The notes below the pieces were generated by a model that saw only the letters and a list, made by a program, of their open reading frames with translations, ran no database searches and was not told where the DNA came from. This document shows positions 18,746-28,773 of a stretch of DNA of 64,000 nucleotides, piece after piece (positions within the stretch are counted from its first letter, which is position 1; each line of letters opens with the position of its first letter). Position numbers and translations under genes: made by a program. Source of the stretch: an uncultured Chloroflexia bacterium (GTDB lineage Bacteria; Chloroflexota; Chloroflexia; Thermomicrobiales; UBA6265); NCBI GenBank assembly GCA_963724295.1, contig CAVRUC010000005.1, positions 202,492 to 266,491 of the forward strand. The letters are read 5' to 3'.

Positions 18746-19804
18746 TCACGATCGCGCGAGCCTCGTGTCTTCCGGACTGATCAAGTTGCCCCGATTGTCC
18801 TCGACGTCCGCGAACCCTGCAGCTGGTTCGTAACCGTCCTCGTACTCGACTTCGTCCTCGTCAAATTCATCCTCGGCGACGTCGAAGTCGAGCTGGTGCC
18901 CCGCAAATCCCGGCAGTGCGTCCTGCACGAGGGGGTGGGCCGGGTTCAGCTCGGTCATGACGAGTTCCTGACCCTGACCATTGATGGTCTGCCGCTTGGT
19001 AAGAATCCCCTTACGCAGGAACTCCATCACCTTGGCCTCGATGTGCTCGGACGGGAGTATTGCCCGGTCGATGAACCGCCACAGGGTACGGCTCATGTGG
19101 CTCTGCGTCGGTACGAAACCATCGTGCAGCTGCCGGACGTAGGCATCGATCGCCTGAATGATCTGCCGGTCGATGTCGACCGATGGGGCAAACTGCAGGG
19201 TGTCCTCGGCGCCTGCCGCGACGACCAGGTCAGGGCTGATCGACCCCGGCACGCCACAGATGACGACCTTCTTGCCCAGCCGGTTGCGCAGCGTGGTCAC
19301 CAGCCGAATGAAATCTTTGTCACCAGTGAAAAGGAGGAACGTCTCGATGTCGGGACGCGTCAACGCGGTATTGATCACGTCGATAACAAAATTGAGATCG
19401 GCTCGCGACTGAATCTTCTCTCGACCAGTGCCGTCTGACGTCCGTTTCGCCGGATAGTGCTGGGCTTCGAACCCCGCCACGTCGAGGCGGGTCCGCACCG
19501 GCGGCGGATGCTGATCGAAATCGGCATAGGCTCGAGCCACCGCCATCAGACCGTATTTGAGCGCCTTGTCGCGCCAGGCCAGCGGATCTGGCTCCCGGCC
19601 GAATGAATTGATGCTCGAATAGCGGATGTTCTCGAAGTCGACAAACGCGGCTACTTCACTACGTCCACTTGCGCCTGTGCTTGGGCTTCCGGCTGCCTGC
19701 TGATGGGTACTTGCCACGTGTGCGAACTGGGAATCGTTTGCCACATCCAAACCCCGCGCCGGAGTCGCTACCGACGCGCCATTCTCATCTTGCATTTGCA
19801 CCAT
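18746..19804 (-). CDS. NYN-domain (LabA/limkain-b1-type) predicted RNase with extra C-terminal domain and acidic tail
   Basis: AAFVDFENI...ADLNFVIDVI...LFTGDKDFIRLVTTLRNRLGKKVVICG matches the NYN/LabA pattern. The function of the C-terminal roughly 130 aa is unassigned. Confidence 0.7.
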   Translation of the reverse strand: MVQMQDENGASVATPARGLDVANDSQFAHVASTHQQAAGSPSTGASGRSEVAAFVDFENIRYSSINSFGREPDPLAWRDKALKYGLMAVARAYADFDQHPPPVRTRLDVAGFEAQHYPAKRTSDGTGREKIQSRADLNFVIDVINTALTRPDIETFLLFTGDKDFIRLVTTLRNRLGKKVVICGVPGSISPDLVVAAGAEDTLQFAPSVDIDRQIIQAIDAYVRQLHDGFVPTQSHMSRTLWRFIDRAILPSEHIEAKVMEFLRKGILTKRQTINGQGQELVMTELNPAHPLVQDALPGFAGHQLDFDVAEDEFDEDEVEYEDGYEPAAGFADVEDNRGNLISPEDTRLARS

Positions 19805-20053
19805 CGAACTCCCTGGACCAATTCCCGGGACCTGTACGCGCTGCGCGCATGACGGGCTCTGGGGTCATCGCCCGTCTCCTGCTGCTCGCCATGCTTTCCC
19901 TATGCGCAGAGCCTTCTTATCCCGAACCATTACCGCAATTAGCGGGAAACGTCTCCACATTCGGTGCGGCGCTTCAGCCGAACTGTGCCGGCCTCACAAT
20001 CGCCAGTCTATCACGGCGCAAGAGACAACTCGACAGGACAATCCGTACGTTGT

Positions 20054-21046
20054 TTACGCTCCGGCGCCAATCAATGCCGCGCCCACCACTCCTGAGTGGT
20101 CGCCCAGTTTGGCGCGCTTGAACTCTACGGCGCGGCCGGGTACCGCCAGCGATTCGCGGCGCGCGTAGTCGGAAGCCACGTCAAAGAGGAGCCCCACCGA
20201 TTCGATAACGCCGCCGCCCATCACGATCCGCGCCGGGTTCAGGAGGCTGATCACCGACGCGAGTCCGTACCCGAGATACCGGCCGGCCTCGCCAATCGTC
20301 TCGAGCACCAGTTCGTCGCCCATCTCGATCGCATCGGCGAGCACCCCCGACCGCACGGCGCCACTCTCAGGCCACATCGCCGCCGTCGAGAGCTCCGGCG
20401 CCAGCTGGCGCAGGACCGACTTCCGGCCGCGCTTGAGATCACCCATCAGGCTGTAGGTAATCGCCGTACGCGAGGCGTACGCCTCCACATGCCCACGGCC
20501 GCCACAACCACAGAGACGGCCGCCACTATCGACGACGAGGTGTCCAATCTCGCCCGCGCTGCCGCTGACGCCGGTGACCAGTTTTCCGCCGGTGACGACC
20601 GCGCCACCCACGCCCGTTCCTACGAAGCAGCAGAGAAAATCCGCTACCCCTTGTCCGGCCCCAAACGAGAGCTCTCCGGTGGCCGCGACCTGCACATCGT
20701 TGCGCAGGGCTGCCGGCACACCGAAACGTTTGCGCAGCGACTCCGCTATCGGCAAATCGATCACGGCCTGGCTGAGGTTGGGCGTGCCCAGGAGCACGCC
20801 TTTGTCGGCGTCCACCTGTCCTGCCGCACCGACACCGATGCCGACGAGCTCCTTCGGTTTCATCTTGGCTGACTGCAACGCGTCTTCCGCCGCGCCCTGG
20901 ATCTTGTCGATGATCGTTTGCGGGCTGTCCGCGGCCGAGGTTCGCTTCTTGGCGGTCGAGACGACTTCCCCACTGTCGAGATCGACTACCGCCGCGAGCA
21001 GTTTCGTGCCCCCGAAGTCGATACCCAGTGCGTGTCGTTTCGCCAT
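20054..21046 (-). CDS. ROK-family sugar kinase (glucokinase-like)
   Basis: Motifs present: LGIDFGGTK N-terminus and the ROK zinc motif GRLCGCGGRGHVEAYAS. Confidence 0.85.
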   Translation of the reverse strand: MAKRHALGIDFGGTKLLAAVVDLDSGEVVSTAKKRTSAADSPQTIIDKIQGAAEDALQSAKMKPKELVGIGVGAAGQVDADKGVLLGTPNLSQAVIDLPIAESLRKRFGVPAALRNDVQVAATGELSFGAGQGVADFLCCFVGTGVGGAVVTGGKLVTGVSGSAGEIGHLVVDSGGRLCGCGGRGHVEAYASRTAITYSLMGDLKRGRKSVLRQLAPELSTAAMWPESGAVRSGVLADAIEMGDELVLETIGEAGRYLGYGLASVISLLNPARIVMGGGVIESVGLLFDVASDYARRESLAVPGRAVEFKRAKLGDHSGVVGAALIGAGA

Positions 21047-21177
21047 CAGCGCACCTTTCTTGGCTTGGGCCCGATCCTCTCTCGCGCGGGTTCATGCAGG
21101 ATTTCGGCCACCGTCCCGGAATCCCCTCTTGCGGATCAGGGCGACTGAGCGGGAGCACCTATTCCAGTCGCGGGTAG

Positions 21178-22113
21178 TCACCCCCGGTCCAGCTCCTCGA
21201 GCACCGGTGCAAACTCTTCGATGGCGTCAGCCGTGATGGGATCGAGCACGAGTTGCACGTGACTGATCCCGGCCGCGGCGTACTGCCGCATCGCCGCCGC
21301 CAGCTCCGCGGTCGAGCCCCGCAACGGCGGCACGTCCTCTTCAGTGGTTGCGCCAACATTCCTCCCGCTGCCATCGGTCAGACCGACGTAGACCGCGCAG
21401 GTGCGCTCCACCGTCGCCGCATCGCGACCGACTCGCCGGCAGGCCGCGTCGACCTTCTCCATCCAGGGTGCGAGGTTTTCCGGGCGGTTTCCAAACCAGG
21501 CATACCAGGCATTCCAGCTTTGCGCGTACGGCATCGTGATGTCGAGCATGCGCTCGCCCGCCGAGCCGATCATCAGTGGAGGGCCGTCGGGCCGCGGTCC
21601 CGGCGGCAGGATCTGACAGTCGTCGAGGTCGTAGTAATCGCCGTGAAAATCAAACGCTTCGCCCCGCAGCAAACGGCGGATGATCGTGAACGCCTCTTCG
21701 AAGCGGGAGACGCGGTGGTCGTAGGGGAAACCGAATGCCGCGTATTCGCTCTCGTTCCACCCGGCGCCCAGCCCCAGGATGAGTCGGCCGCCGGACACCT
21801 CGTCCAGGGTGGCTGCCTTCTTGGCGATCATCGCCGGGTTATGAAATGACGTGCAGGCTACCAGGGGACCGATCTCCACGCGCTCGGTGATCGCGGCCAG
21901 CGCTGCCATCACCGTCCAGGCCTCCCAGGGTCCTCGCGCCGCCTGGTCACCGTCGCGGAAGATGAGGTGGTCACCGACCCAGATCGAGTCGTAGCCGAGT
22001 GCTTCGGCCGTCATCGCCATGCGTGCCAGGTCGCTCCACGGTGCGACACGCTCCACCTCCGGGAGCTGCACCCCAATTTTCAGAGGACGCCTCCGCGATG
22101 TTTCAGCCGGCAT
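21178..22113 (-). CDS. LLM-class (luciferase-like) flavin/F420-dependent oxidoreductase
   Basis: LKIGVQLP...GYDSIWVGDHL is typical of the class. The start ATG 22113 is preceded by GGAGGAG. The track start is 22179. Confidence 0.8.
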   Translation of the reverse strand: MPAETSRRRPLKIGVQLPEVERVAPWSDLARMAMTAEALGYDSIWVGDHLIFRDGDQAARGPWEAWTVMAALAAITERVEIGPLVACTSFHNPAMIAKKAATLDEVSGGRLILGLGAGWNESEYAAFGFPYDHRVSRFEEAFTIIRRLLRGEAFDFHGDYYDLDDCQILPPGPRPDGPPLMIGSAGERMLDITMPYAQSWNAWYAWFGNRPENLAPWMEKVDAACRRVGRDAATVERTCAVYVGLTDGSGRNVGATTEEDVPPLRGSTAELAAAMRQYAAAGISHVQLVLDPITADAIEEFAPVLEELDRG

Positions 22114-22194
22114 TCGTCTCTCCTCCGTTAGCCCCCGCCCGTTCCCCAAGAAGGCCATCAACCTCATCATGTTCAGCAAGTTTGAATTGCCGGC

Positions 22195-22926
22195 TCAGTC
22201 GATCTCCATACCGCGTAGCCGCCACACGGCGAGGAGCAGGCAGACCGCAGCAACCACCAGCATCGTCAGCGCCGCGTTCGACGCCATTGCGAAATCGTCA
22301 CCGAGGATGCCTTCGAACACCTGTAGGGCATGCTCTCGGCTGGAGATAGCCTGCACCCCCGGCAGGAACCGGCCGAGCAGGCTCTCCCAGGCAAAGATGT
22401 AGATCATGCCGGCCAGCAACGCCCGCGGGATGACCAGGCTGACGAGCAGAAAGACCGCGCCCAGCAGTGCCGCCGCGGCGGCCGACGCTGCAGCCATGGC
22501 CACCAGAATACGCCCCAGATCCCCGGCTCCCGGTACCTGGGCAGCGATCAGCATCGTCACCGCCAGACCGCCAAGCAACGCCGGGATGGTAACCAACAGC
22601 ACTGCCGCGTATTTACCGAGCACCAGCCGCAGCCGGCTGACCGGCTTCATCACCAGATAGGGCAGCGTGCCGTCTTCCAGCTCGTTGCCGAACGCGGCCG
22701 TCGCCGGTAGAAGCACCACGATCGGCAACAGCGTCGGCACGATCAGCTCCCGGAAGAGATCGATCGCGAACTCGCTTGGTGTGACTTCCCAGGGTCGCGC
22801 CACGTAGATCGCCGCGAACAGCGCCGGGATCAGGCTCAACGCCAGCACCAGTCGCGCGGTACGGCCGCCGGTGAACTGGCGCACCGTCAGCGTGGTGACC
22901 GGCAGCAATCGCCACAACGCGACCAT
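22195..22926 (-). CDS. ABC-2-type transporter permease
   Basis: It is a multi-TM hydrophobic protein and the last gene of a four-gene, tightly spaced operon. Confidence 0.7.
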   Translation of the reverse strand: MVALWRLLPVTTLTVRQFTGGRTARLVLALSLIPALFAAIYVARPWEVTPSEFAIDLFRELIVPTLLPIVVLLPATAAFGNELEDGTLPYLVMKPVSRLRLVLGKYAAVLLVTIPALLGGLAVTMLIAAQVPGAGDLGRILVAMAAASAAAAALLGAVFLLVSLVIPRALLAGMIYIFAWESLLGRFLPGVQAISSREHALQVFEGILGDDFAMASNAALTMLVVAAVCLLLAVWRLRGMEID

Positions 22927-22929
22927 GGC

Positions 22930-23925
22930 TCAGGAGCCCACCAGATACGAGAAGACCGACGCCAGCGACTCGTCGACGGGCTGGATCTCGAACAAGCGGA
23001 CGCCTTCCCGTCGCGCCACCTCCGGCACCAGTCGGCCGAACTGCCGGACATCGTTCGTCTCGGCGATCAGCCTCCCGTCGGCCATCCGGACCGAAGTCGT
23101 TACCGGCTCGACGACGAGCGCCGCCGCCAGTCGCCGCGGATCATCGCAACGGATGCGAACCACGTGATCTCGCTCGTCCATCCGCTCCCGGATCGTCCGG
23201 AAATCGCCGGCGGCGGCCAGCTTGCCGTTGACGATGACCAGCACGTTGCGGGCGAAGCGTTCAACCTCGGACAGGACGTGCGAGGAGACGACGACAGTCT
23301 TCCCCTCGTCGCCGAGCCGCCGGATCAGTGCGATCAGGCTGGCTCGCTGCACCGGGTCGGTGCCATTCAGCGGCTCGTCGAGCAGCAGTACCCGCGGGTC
23401 GTGCACGAGCGCCGCCGCCACCTTGATCCGCTGCCGCATCCCCTTCGAGTAGCCGCCGACGGACCGGTCAGCCGCGTCCGCCATGTCGACCAGGGCGATG
23501 GTGCGCTCGGTCGCCAGCTCCGGGTTTGGGGTCTTTTGCAAGATCGCATTCAGGCGCACGAACTCCCGGCCCGTAAGTGGGCCGTAGAGCTGCTCCTGCT
23601 CACCGGCGAGGCCAATATGCCGATAGGTGGCCGTGTCACCAGGGACGGTCCGGTCGAGCACCTGTACAGTTCCGTTCGAGGGGCGAATCAGACCGGAGAC
23701 CAGGTTGAGGATTGTCGATTTTCCGGCGCCGTTCGGGCCGAGGAGCGCCGTGACTCCCGCGCCGATGCCGAAGGTCAGGTCGGAAACCGCTACGACGTCG
23801 CCATACCATTTGGCGACGCCGCGCAGCGCAATAACAGCCTCGGCGTCAGGCGGCAGACCCGGCAGGTCGTTCGAAACCGGCTCGATCGACGCCTGAATCG
23901 GGTTCTCGCTCGGCGTCTCAGTCAC
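22930..23925 (-). CDS. ABC transporter ATP-binding protein
   Basis: Motifs present: Walker [10 protein letters not shown], signature YSKGMRQR and Walker B LLLDEP. Confidence 0.9.
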   Translation of the reverse strand: MTETPSENPIQASIEPVSNDLPGLPPDAEAVIALRGVAKWYGDVVAVSDLTFGIGAGVTALLGPNGAGKSTILNLVSGLIRPSNGTVQVLDRTVPGDTATYRHIGLAGEQEQLYGPLTGREFVRLNAILQKTPNPELATERTIALVDMADAADRSVGGYSKGMRQRIKVAAALVHDPRVLLLDEPLNGTDPVQRASLIALIRRLGDEGKTVVVSSHVLSEVERFARNVLVIVNGKLAAAGDFRTIRERMDERDHVVRIRCDDPRRLAAALVVEPVTTSVRMADGRLIAETNDVRQFGRLVPEVARREGVRLFEIQPVDESLASVFSYLVGS

Positions 23926-24790
23926 GACGCTGATACCAGGCGAACATCACCGCGCAGCAGATGGCGATTACCACCGCCATCACCCCGAGCGGTGCATTGA
24001 GCGGGAGGTCATGGCCGAGGTCGGATTCGCCGAATAGCTGGCCAACCAGCGTGGCTATCGTCCGCGAAGGACTGATGACAACCGCCCAGCGCGCCAGTTC
24101 GGATTCATCGCTGAACGCCTCCAGGATCGCGATTGCGAGCGATTCCGAGAGCACGAAGCCGAGAATGATCACGCCGACGGCGACACTCTTGCGGCCGGTG
24201 AACGATGAGATCGCCAACCCGATCGCGCCCAGATAAAACGCGATCATCGTTCCGGCGACGACAATGCGGCCGAGATCGCCGAGGCTGGCTCTCAGTGCCG
24301 GCAGCGGCTCCGGCGCTAGCAATCCGTTGCCAAGCCAGAGTACGACGGCCGGCAGAAGCGACATCGACAACGTGAGTAATCCGGTGGCCAGGAGCTTGGC
24401 GAGCACGTATGAGCCGCGCCCGATCGGGCGAGAGAAATAGAGCGGCAGCAACCGGTCGTGGCGATCGCTGGACATCATCTCCGGTGCGATCAGCGCGACG
24501 AAGATGCCCACCAGTAAGAAGATGGCGCCAAAGAACTCCGGGTAAGCCAGAAATTCGAACGCGGGGAAGAACGCTCGGATGCCAATGGAGATCAAGACCG
24601 GGATTGCCACCGCCGCGTAGAGCAGGATCGGGATGATCTTCGCCGTCCACGGTCTGCGCATCCCGAGCGAGCGTGCCATCGAGTAGCGCGCCAGCGCCCA
24701 CATGGCGTGCGCCTGACCCAGGCGGGGACCGTCGTAGTGGTGGTACCCCCGGTCGAAGATCTCGCCGTATTGACTCGGCGCGGCACTCAT
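23918..24790 (-). CDS. ABC-2-type transporter permease
   Basis: It is a multi-TM protein that overlaps both neighbouring genes. Confidence 0.7.
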   Translation of the reverse strand: MSAAPSQYGEIFDRGYHHYDGPRLGQAHAMWALARYSMARSLGMRRPWTAKIIPILLYAAVAIPVLISIGIRAFFPAFEFLAYPEFFGAIFLLVGIFVALIAPEMMSSDRHDRLLPLYFSRPIGRGSYVLAKLLATGLLTLSMSLLPAVVLWLGNGLLAPEPLPALRASLGDLGRIVVAGTMIAFYLGAIGLAISSFTGRKSVAVGVIILGFVLSESLAIAILEAFSDESELARWAVVISPSRTIATLVGQLFGESDLGHDLPLNAPLGVMAVVIAICCAVMFAWYQRRD

Positions 24791-25770
24791 CGCTTGCTCA
24801 CCCGCTGTTGGCCGCGCTCGCCGCCGGTCCCGGCGCCAACCGAGTCAACGTAGAGATCTTCCAGCGATCGCTTCGCCGGTCGCAACAGGCGCAGTGACGA
24901 GCCGGTTATGGCGGCGGCATCCCGGATCGCATCCAGCGCCCCGTCGCCATTGCGGGCGACGATGAACTCATCGGACGTGTACTCGATCCCGGCCGGTCTG
25001 GATGCCAGACCCACTTCCTCCAGGCGTTTCAGAAACGGACCAGGGTCGCCGTCGACGCGCACGTGCAGGTCCGCCGTCTCGTCGTCCGGCACGTGCAGTG
25101 GCTGGGATGCTACGACTTGCCCGCCATCGAGCACGACCACGTAGTCGCAGACCCGCTCCACATCGTCGAGGATGTGCGATGAGAGCACCACCAGGATGCC
25201 GAGCTGCCGGTTGATACGGCCAATCAGGTCGAGCATCTCCTCCCGGCCGAGTGGATCGAGGCCGTTCGTCGGTTCGTCCAGAAACACCAGCTCCGGATCG
25301 TGCACGATCGCCTGCGCGAGCTTGACCCGCTGTTTCATGCCCGTCGAGAACCCCTTGACCAATCGGTAGCGCTCTTCATCCAGACCGACCTGGTAGAGCA
25401 CATCGGCCGCCCGCTGTCGCGCGGCGCGGTGTGGCAACCCGCTCATCTCCGCCATGTGTGAGACGAAATCGGCGGCGGTGGCGTTGTCGGGCAGGGTGTC
25501 GGTCTCGGGCATGTAGCCAACCCGCATCCGCAACTGGCGACCATCGGCAATCGCATCACGTCCCAACACCCGCGCCCTGCCGCCATTTGGGCGGGAGAGT
25601 CCGAGCAGAATCTTGAGCAGCGTCGATTTTCCGGCCCCGTTCGGACCCAACAACCCAACCGCCGCCCGCGGCACCGCGAGATCGACGTTGTCGAGCGCCA
25701 CGACCGAGCCGTAGCGCTTCACGAGCCCTGCCGTCTCGATGCTCAACGCGCGGTCAGGTTCGCTACCCAT
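24787..25770 (-). CDS. ABC transporter ATP-binding protein
   Basis: Motifs present: Walker [10 protein letters not shown], signature FSTGMKQR and Walker B VFLDEP. Confidence 0.9.
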   Translation of the reverse strand: MGSEPDRALSIETAGLVKRYGSVVALDNVDLAVPRAAVGLLGPNGAGKSTLLKILLGLSRPNGGRARVLGRDAIADGRQLRMRVGYMPETDTLPDNATAADFVSHMAEMSGLPHRAARQRAADVLYQVGLDEERYRLVKGFSTGMKQRVKLAQAIVHDPELVFLDEPTNGLDPLGREEMLDLIGRINRQLGILVVLSSHILDDVERVCDYVVVLDGGQVVASQPLHVPDDETADLHVRVDGDPGPFLKRLEEVGLASRPAGIEYTSDEFIVARNGDGALDAIRDAAAITGSSLRLLRPAKRSLEDLYVDSVGAGTGGERGQQRVSKR

Positions 25771-25844
25771 GGTTTTCCATCAACACAAGCGAGGTCATCC
25801 CGGCCGGAGTCTACAGTGGCGCTCATCCCTCGTGTCACCCAGAC

Positions 25845-26002
25845 GTGTCATCCCATCGCGCCATCCGCCGTCGCGCCACCCAATGTCGCTTCACCCACCG
25901 CCGTGTCATCCACCGTCGTGTCATCCCGAGGAACGAGGGATCTCGTTCGTTCGCGAGGCCAAGAGCCGCAACCGGTCTTCTCACTTTCGCTCGGAATGAC
26001 AC
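25845..26002. repeat. cluster of GTGTCATCC repeat heads plus one complete 85-bp palindromic element (25918-26002)
   Basis: GTGTCATCC heads occur at 25845, 25903 and 25918. The complete unit runs from GTGTCATCCCGAGGAACGAGGGATCTC to GCTCGGAATGACAC, and its termini are inverted repeats. Confidence 0.75.
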
Positions 26003-26190
26003 GCCCTTCCCGCCCAGTCTGGAAGCGTACCCTCCCCAAACGGCTAGGCCGCGCTTCCCCCACATCGGCGATGGCGCGCGGCGCCGAGCTCCCTAGGCTG
26101 GTCATGTCGCCGCACTCGCGGCGCACCTGGATTTCATGACAGGGGAGTGGCCCGCTCCAGCGCGGTCGCTCGAAGCAAGGAGCACCATCG

Positions 26191-27123
26191 ATGTCAACCA
26201 CACTCAATTCCTCGTCGCTACTGGCAAGTGTCTCCGACGAGCTCGCCGGGGCAGTCGAACGCGCCGGGGCAGCCGTCGTCACGGTCGATGGTCGTCGCCG
26301 CCACCCGGCCAGTGGGATCGTCTGGACCGCTGACGGCCTGATCGTCACCGCCAATCACGTGGTAGAGCGGGACGAGGAACTCGAGATCGGTCTTCCCGAC
26401 GGACGAAGCGTCGCCGCTGAGCTTGTCGGCCGGGACCCCGGCAGCGATCTTGCGCTGCTCCGCGTCGCTGCCTCCGACGTGGCGCCGCTGCCGCGCTCGA
26501 CCGTCGAGCCGAGGGTCGGTCATATCGCCCTGGCAATCGGCCGGCCGGGACCCAGCGGCGTTATGGCCTCGCTGGGAGTGGTTAGCGCGGTCGGCGGCCC
26601 GTTGCGCTTCCGCGGCGGCGCCTCCCTCGATCGCTATGTCCAGGCCGATGTCGCGATGTTGCCGGGGTTCTCAGGCGGGCCCCTGGTCGACAGTACCGGC
26701 AACGTGATTGGATTGAACTCCTCGACCCTGGGCCGCGCCGGACAGTTGACGGTGCTGGCGGCCACGATCGACGCCACCGTAGCCACGCTGCTTCAGCATG
26801 GTCGAGTCCGCCGCGGGTATCTTGGCGTCGGCGCTCAGGGCGTTCGCCTACCGGAGGCCCTGGCTCGCGCGCTCGATAATGGTCAGGAACTTGGTCTGCT
26901 CATCGTCTCCGTCGAAGCCGGCGGTCCCGCGGACACGGCCGGGTTGATGCTTGGCGACGTCATCCTGGCCGTCGACGGCACAGTAGTCGGTCAGGTGGAG
27001 CAGCTTCAGGAGCAACTCGCGGGAGATCGCGTTGGCAAGAGCATCCCGATCCGCATCGCCCGCGGGGGCGAGCCACGCGAGATCGCGGTCACCGTCGGCG
27101 AGCGCCAGCGCCAGGCCGAATAG
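26191..27123 (+). CDS. S1C (HtrA/DegP-like) serine protease with PDZ domain
   Basis: The trypsin-fold motif GFSGGPL and a C-terminal PDZ-like region are present. An AAGGAG SD lies upstream. Confidence 0.85.
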   Translation: MSTTLNSSSLLASVSDELAGAVERAGAAVVTVDGRRRHPASGIVWTADGLIVTANHVVERDEELEIGLPDGRSVAAELVGRDPGSDLALLRVAASDVAPLPRSTVEPRVGHIALAIGRPGPSGVMASLGVVSAVGGPLRFRGGASLDRYVQADVAMLPGFSGGPLVDSTGNVIGLNSSTLGRAGQLTVLAATIDATVATLLQHGRVRRGYLGVGAQGVRLPEALARALDNGQELGLLIVSVEAGGPADTAGLMLGDVILAVDGTVVGQVEQLQEQLAGDRVGKSIPIRIARGGEPREIAVTVGERQRQAE

Positions 27124-27139
27124 AGCGGACACCATTGAT

Positions 27140-28060
27140 ATGTCGATGACTCTCGAACGCGAGCAAACAGTTGCGGTTACGTCACCGGTCGCGCCGGCCC
27201 TTGCCGGGCTGGCGCTCTCCGAAGCGATCGCCGACGTCGCGGCGGAAATCAAGCCATCGGTCGTGCTCGTCGGTCACGGCGGTAGCCACGGCGCCGGTGT
27301 CATCTGGCGCTCCGACGGCATCGTCGTCACGAATCGTCACGTGATCCGGGACGATCGTGTCGACGTGATCCTCGACGATGGTCGCAAGTTCACCGGCATC
27401 GTCGCCGCCCGTCACCCGGACCGCGACCTCGCCGTCGTCAAAATCGCCGCCGATGATCTGCCCGCCGCCCGCCTTGGCGATTCCAGCACCGTACGGCCGG
27501 GTCAAATCGCCATCGCGGTCGGTCACCCGCCGGGCCTGCGTAGTGCGGCGACCGCCGGCATCATCGTCGCTGCCGGACAAGCCGCTACGCTCGAAGGTCC
27601 GCGCACCGGAGACTGGCTCCAGACCGACGTCACGTTGCGTCCCGGCAACTCGGGGGGTCCGCTCGTCGATGCGCGAGGAGGCGTCATCGGCATCAACACC
27701 ATGGTCAGCGGCCGCCTGGCATTATCGATTCCCAGCTCGGCCGTGGAGCGGTTCGTTGCTGGCGAGCGTCCCGGCGATCCTCGCGCCTGGCTCGGTCTGC
27801 ACGGACTCGCCGTCCCGTTGCGGCTGCCCGGGTACGACGCCGGATTCTTGTTGACCGAAATCGCCGAGGGTTCGCCCGCGGACCGAGCGGGCCTGATCGT
27901 CGGTGATATCGTCGTCACGATCGGCGAGACAGAGGTCGTGGACGCCGAGTCGGTGCCCGCGGCCGTACTCCGCCTGAACCCCGGCCAGGCCGTGGAGATC
28001 GGAATCCTGCGCGGTGGCGAGCCGAGACGCTTCACGGTGGTCCCCACGGAGCACCTGTGA
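27140..28060 (+). CDS. S1C (HtrA/DegP-like) serine protease with PDZ domain, second copy
   Basis: Motifs present: VVTNRHV, DLAVVKI and GNSGGPLV (catalytic triad context), plus a PDZ-like C-terminus. The start ATG 27140 follows the upstream stop. Confidence 0.85.
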   Translation: MSMTLEREQTVAVTSPVAPALAGLALSEAIADVAAEIKPSVVLVGHGGSHGAGVIWRSDGIVVTNRHVIRDDRVDVILDDGRKFTGIVAARHPDRDLAVVKIAADDLPAARLGDSSTVRPGQIAIAVGHPPGLRSAATAGIIVAAGQAATLEGPRTGDWLQTDVTLRPGNSGGPLVDARGGVIGINTMVSGRLALSIPSSAVERFVAGERPGDPRAWLGLHGLAVPLRLPGYDAGFLLTEIAEGSPADRAGLIVGDIVVTIGETEVVDAESVPAAVLRLNPGQAVEIGILRGGEPRRFTVVPTEHL

Positions 28061-28683
28061 CCGAGGGCCAGGGGGCTCGTCTGCGCGTCCTGGTGGTCGC
28101 CGCGTACCCGGCATTGCGCGCCGGATTGGTCTCGCTCCTGGCCAGCGATCGACTGTTGGAGCCGATAGCGACTGAGGGGGTAGAGCTTGGCGATGCCGGC
28201 TCTGCCCCCTCCGCGATCGTTGTCGACTACTCCGCCGGCGAGCCCGAGGAGGTCCTCTCCATCGCCGAGACGTTCCCGCAATCCGCGCTCGTCATGATCG
28301 GCGCGGACCCCGCGACCGACGGCCCAGGCCTCTCGGGCGCTCCGGTCGCCTATCTCCCCAGCGACGTCGACGCGGCGGCCCTGACCGCGGCGGTCCGAGC
28401 CGCCGCCTCAGGTCTCATTGTCCTCGACCCGACCGTCGCCGGAGCGACCGGCGTCCACACTCATACCCGGACCAGTGACAGTGCAGAAACGCTGACCGCG
28501 CGGGAGCGGGAGGTGCTCTTGCTCGTGGCTGAGGGCTTACCCAACAAGGCTATTGCCCGCGAGCTCGGCATCAGCGAGCACACCGCCAAGTTTCACGTCG
28601 GCTCGCTGCTCGGGAAGCTCGGCGCCGCTAGCCGCACCGAAGCCGTGACCCTCGCCACCCGCCGCGGCATCCTTCCGGTCTGA
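28057..28683 (+). CDS. LuxR/NarL-family regulator with atypical receiver domain
   Basis: The C-terminal HTH reads REREVLLLVAEGLPNKAIARELGISEHTAKFHV. The receiver lacks the acidic DD pair (VVAAYP) and the conserved Lys (YLPSD). It overlaps the protease stop by GTGA. Confidence 0.8.
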   Translation: MTEGQGARLRVLVVAAYPALRAGLVSLLASDRLLEPIATEGVELGDAGSAPSAIVVDYSAGEPEEVLSIAETFPQSALVMIGADPATDGPGLSGAPVAYLPSDVDAAALTAAVRAAASGLIVLDPTVAGATGVHTHTRTSDSAETLTAREREVLLLVAEGLPNKAIARELGISEHTAKFHVGSLLGKLGAASRTEAVTLATRRGILPV

Positions 28684-28724
28684 CTAGAACCGAGTCAACT
28701 CGCAGCGTGAACCACCGAAGTGCG

Positions 28725-28768
28725 TTCCCCCTCTCCCAGCGCACTGGGAGAGGGGCTAGGGGTGAGGG
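28725..28768. repeat. hairpin repeat TTCCCCCTCTCC..AGCGCACTGGGAGAGGGG..AGGGGTGAGGG, copy 2
   Basis: It matches 13705-13751 and sits exactly between two convergent stop codons. Confidence 0.7.
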
Positions 28769-28773
28769 CCGCT

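Noticed and set aside
25845-25935. Possible CRISPR-like array from three closely spaced GTGTCATCC repeats
   Set aside because: The repeats are only about 9-14 nt and irregularly spaced (58 and 15 nt apart). They belong to the dispersed palindromic family, and no cas genes are nearby.
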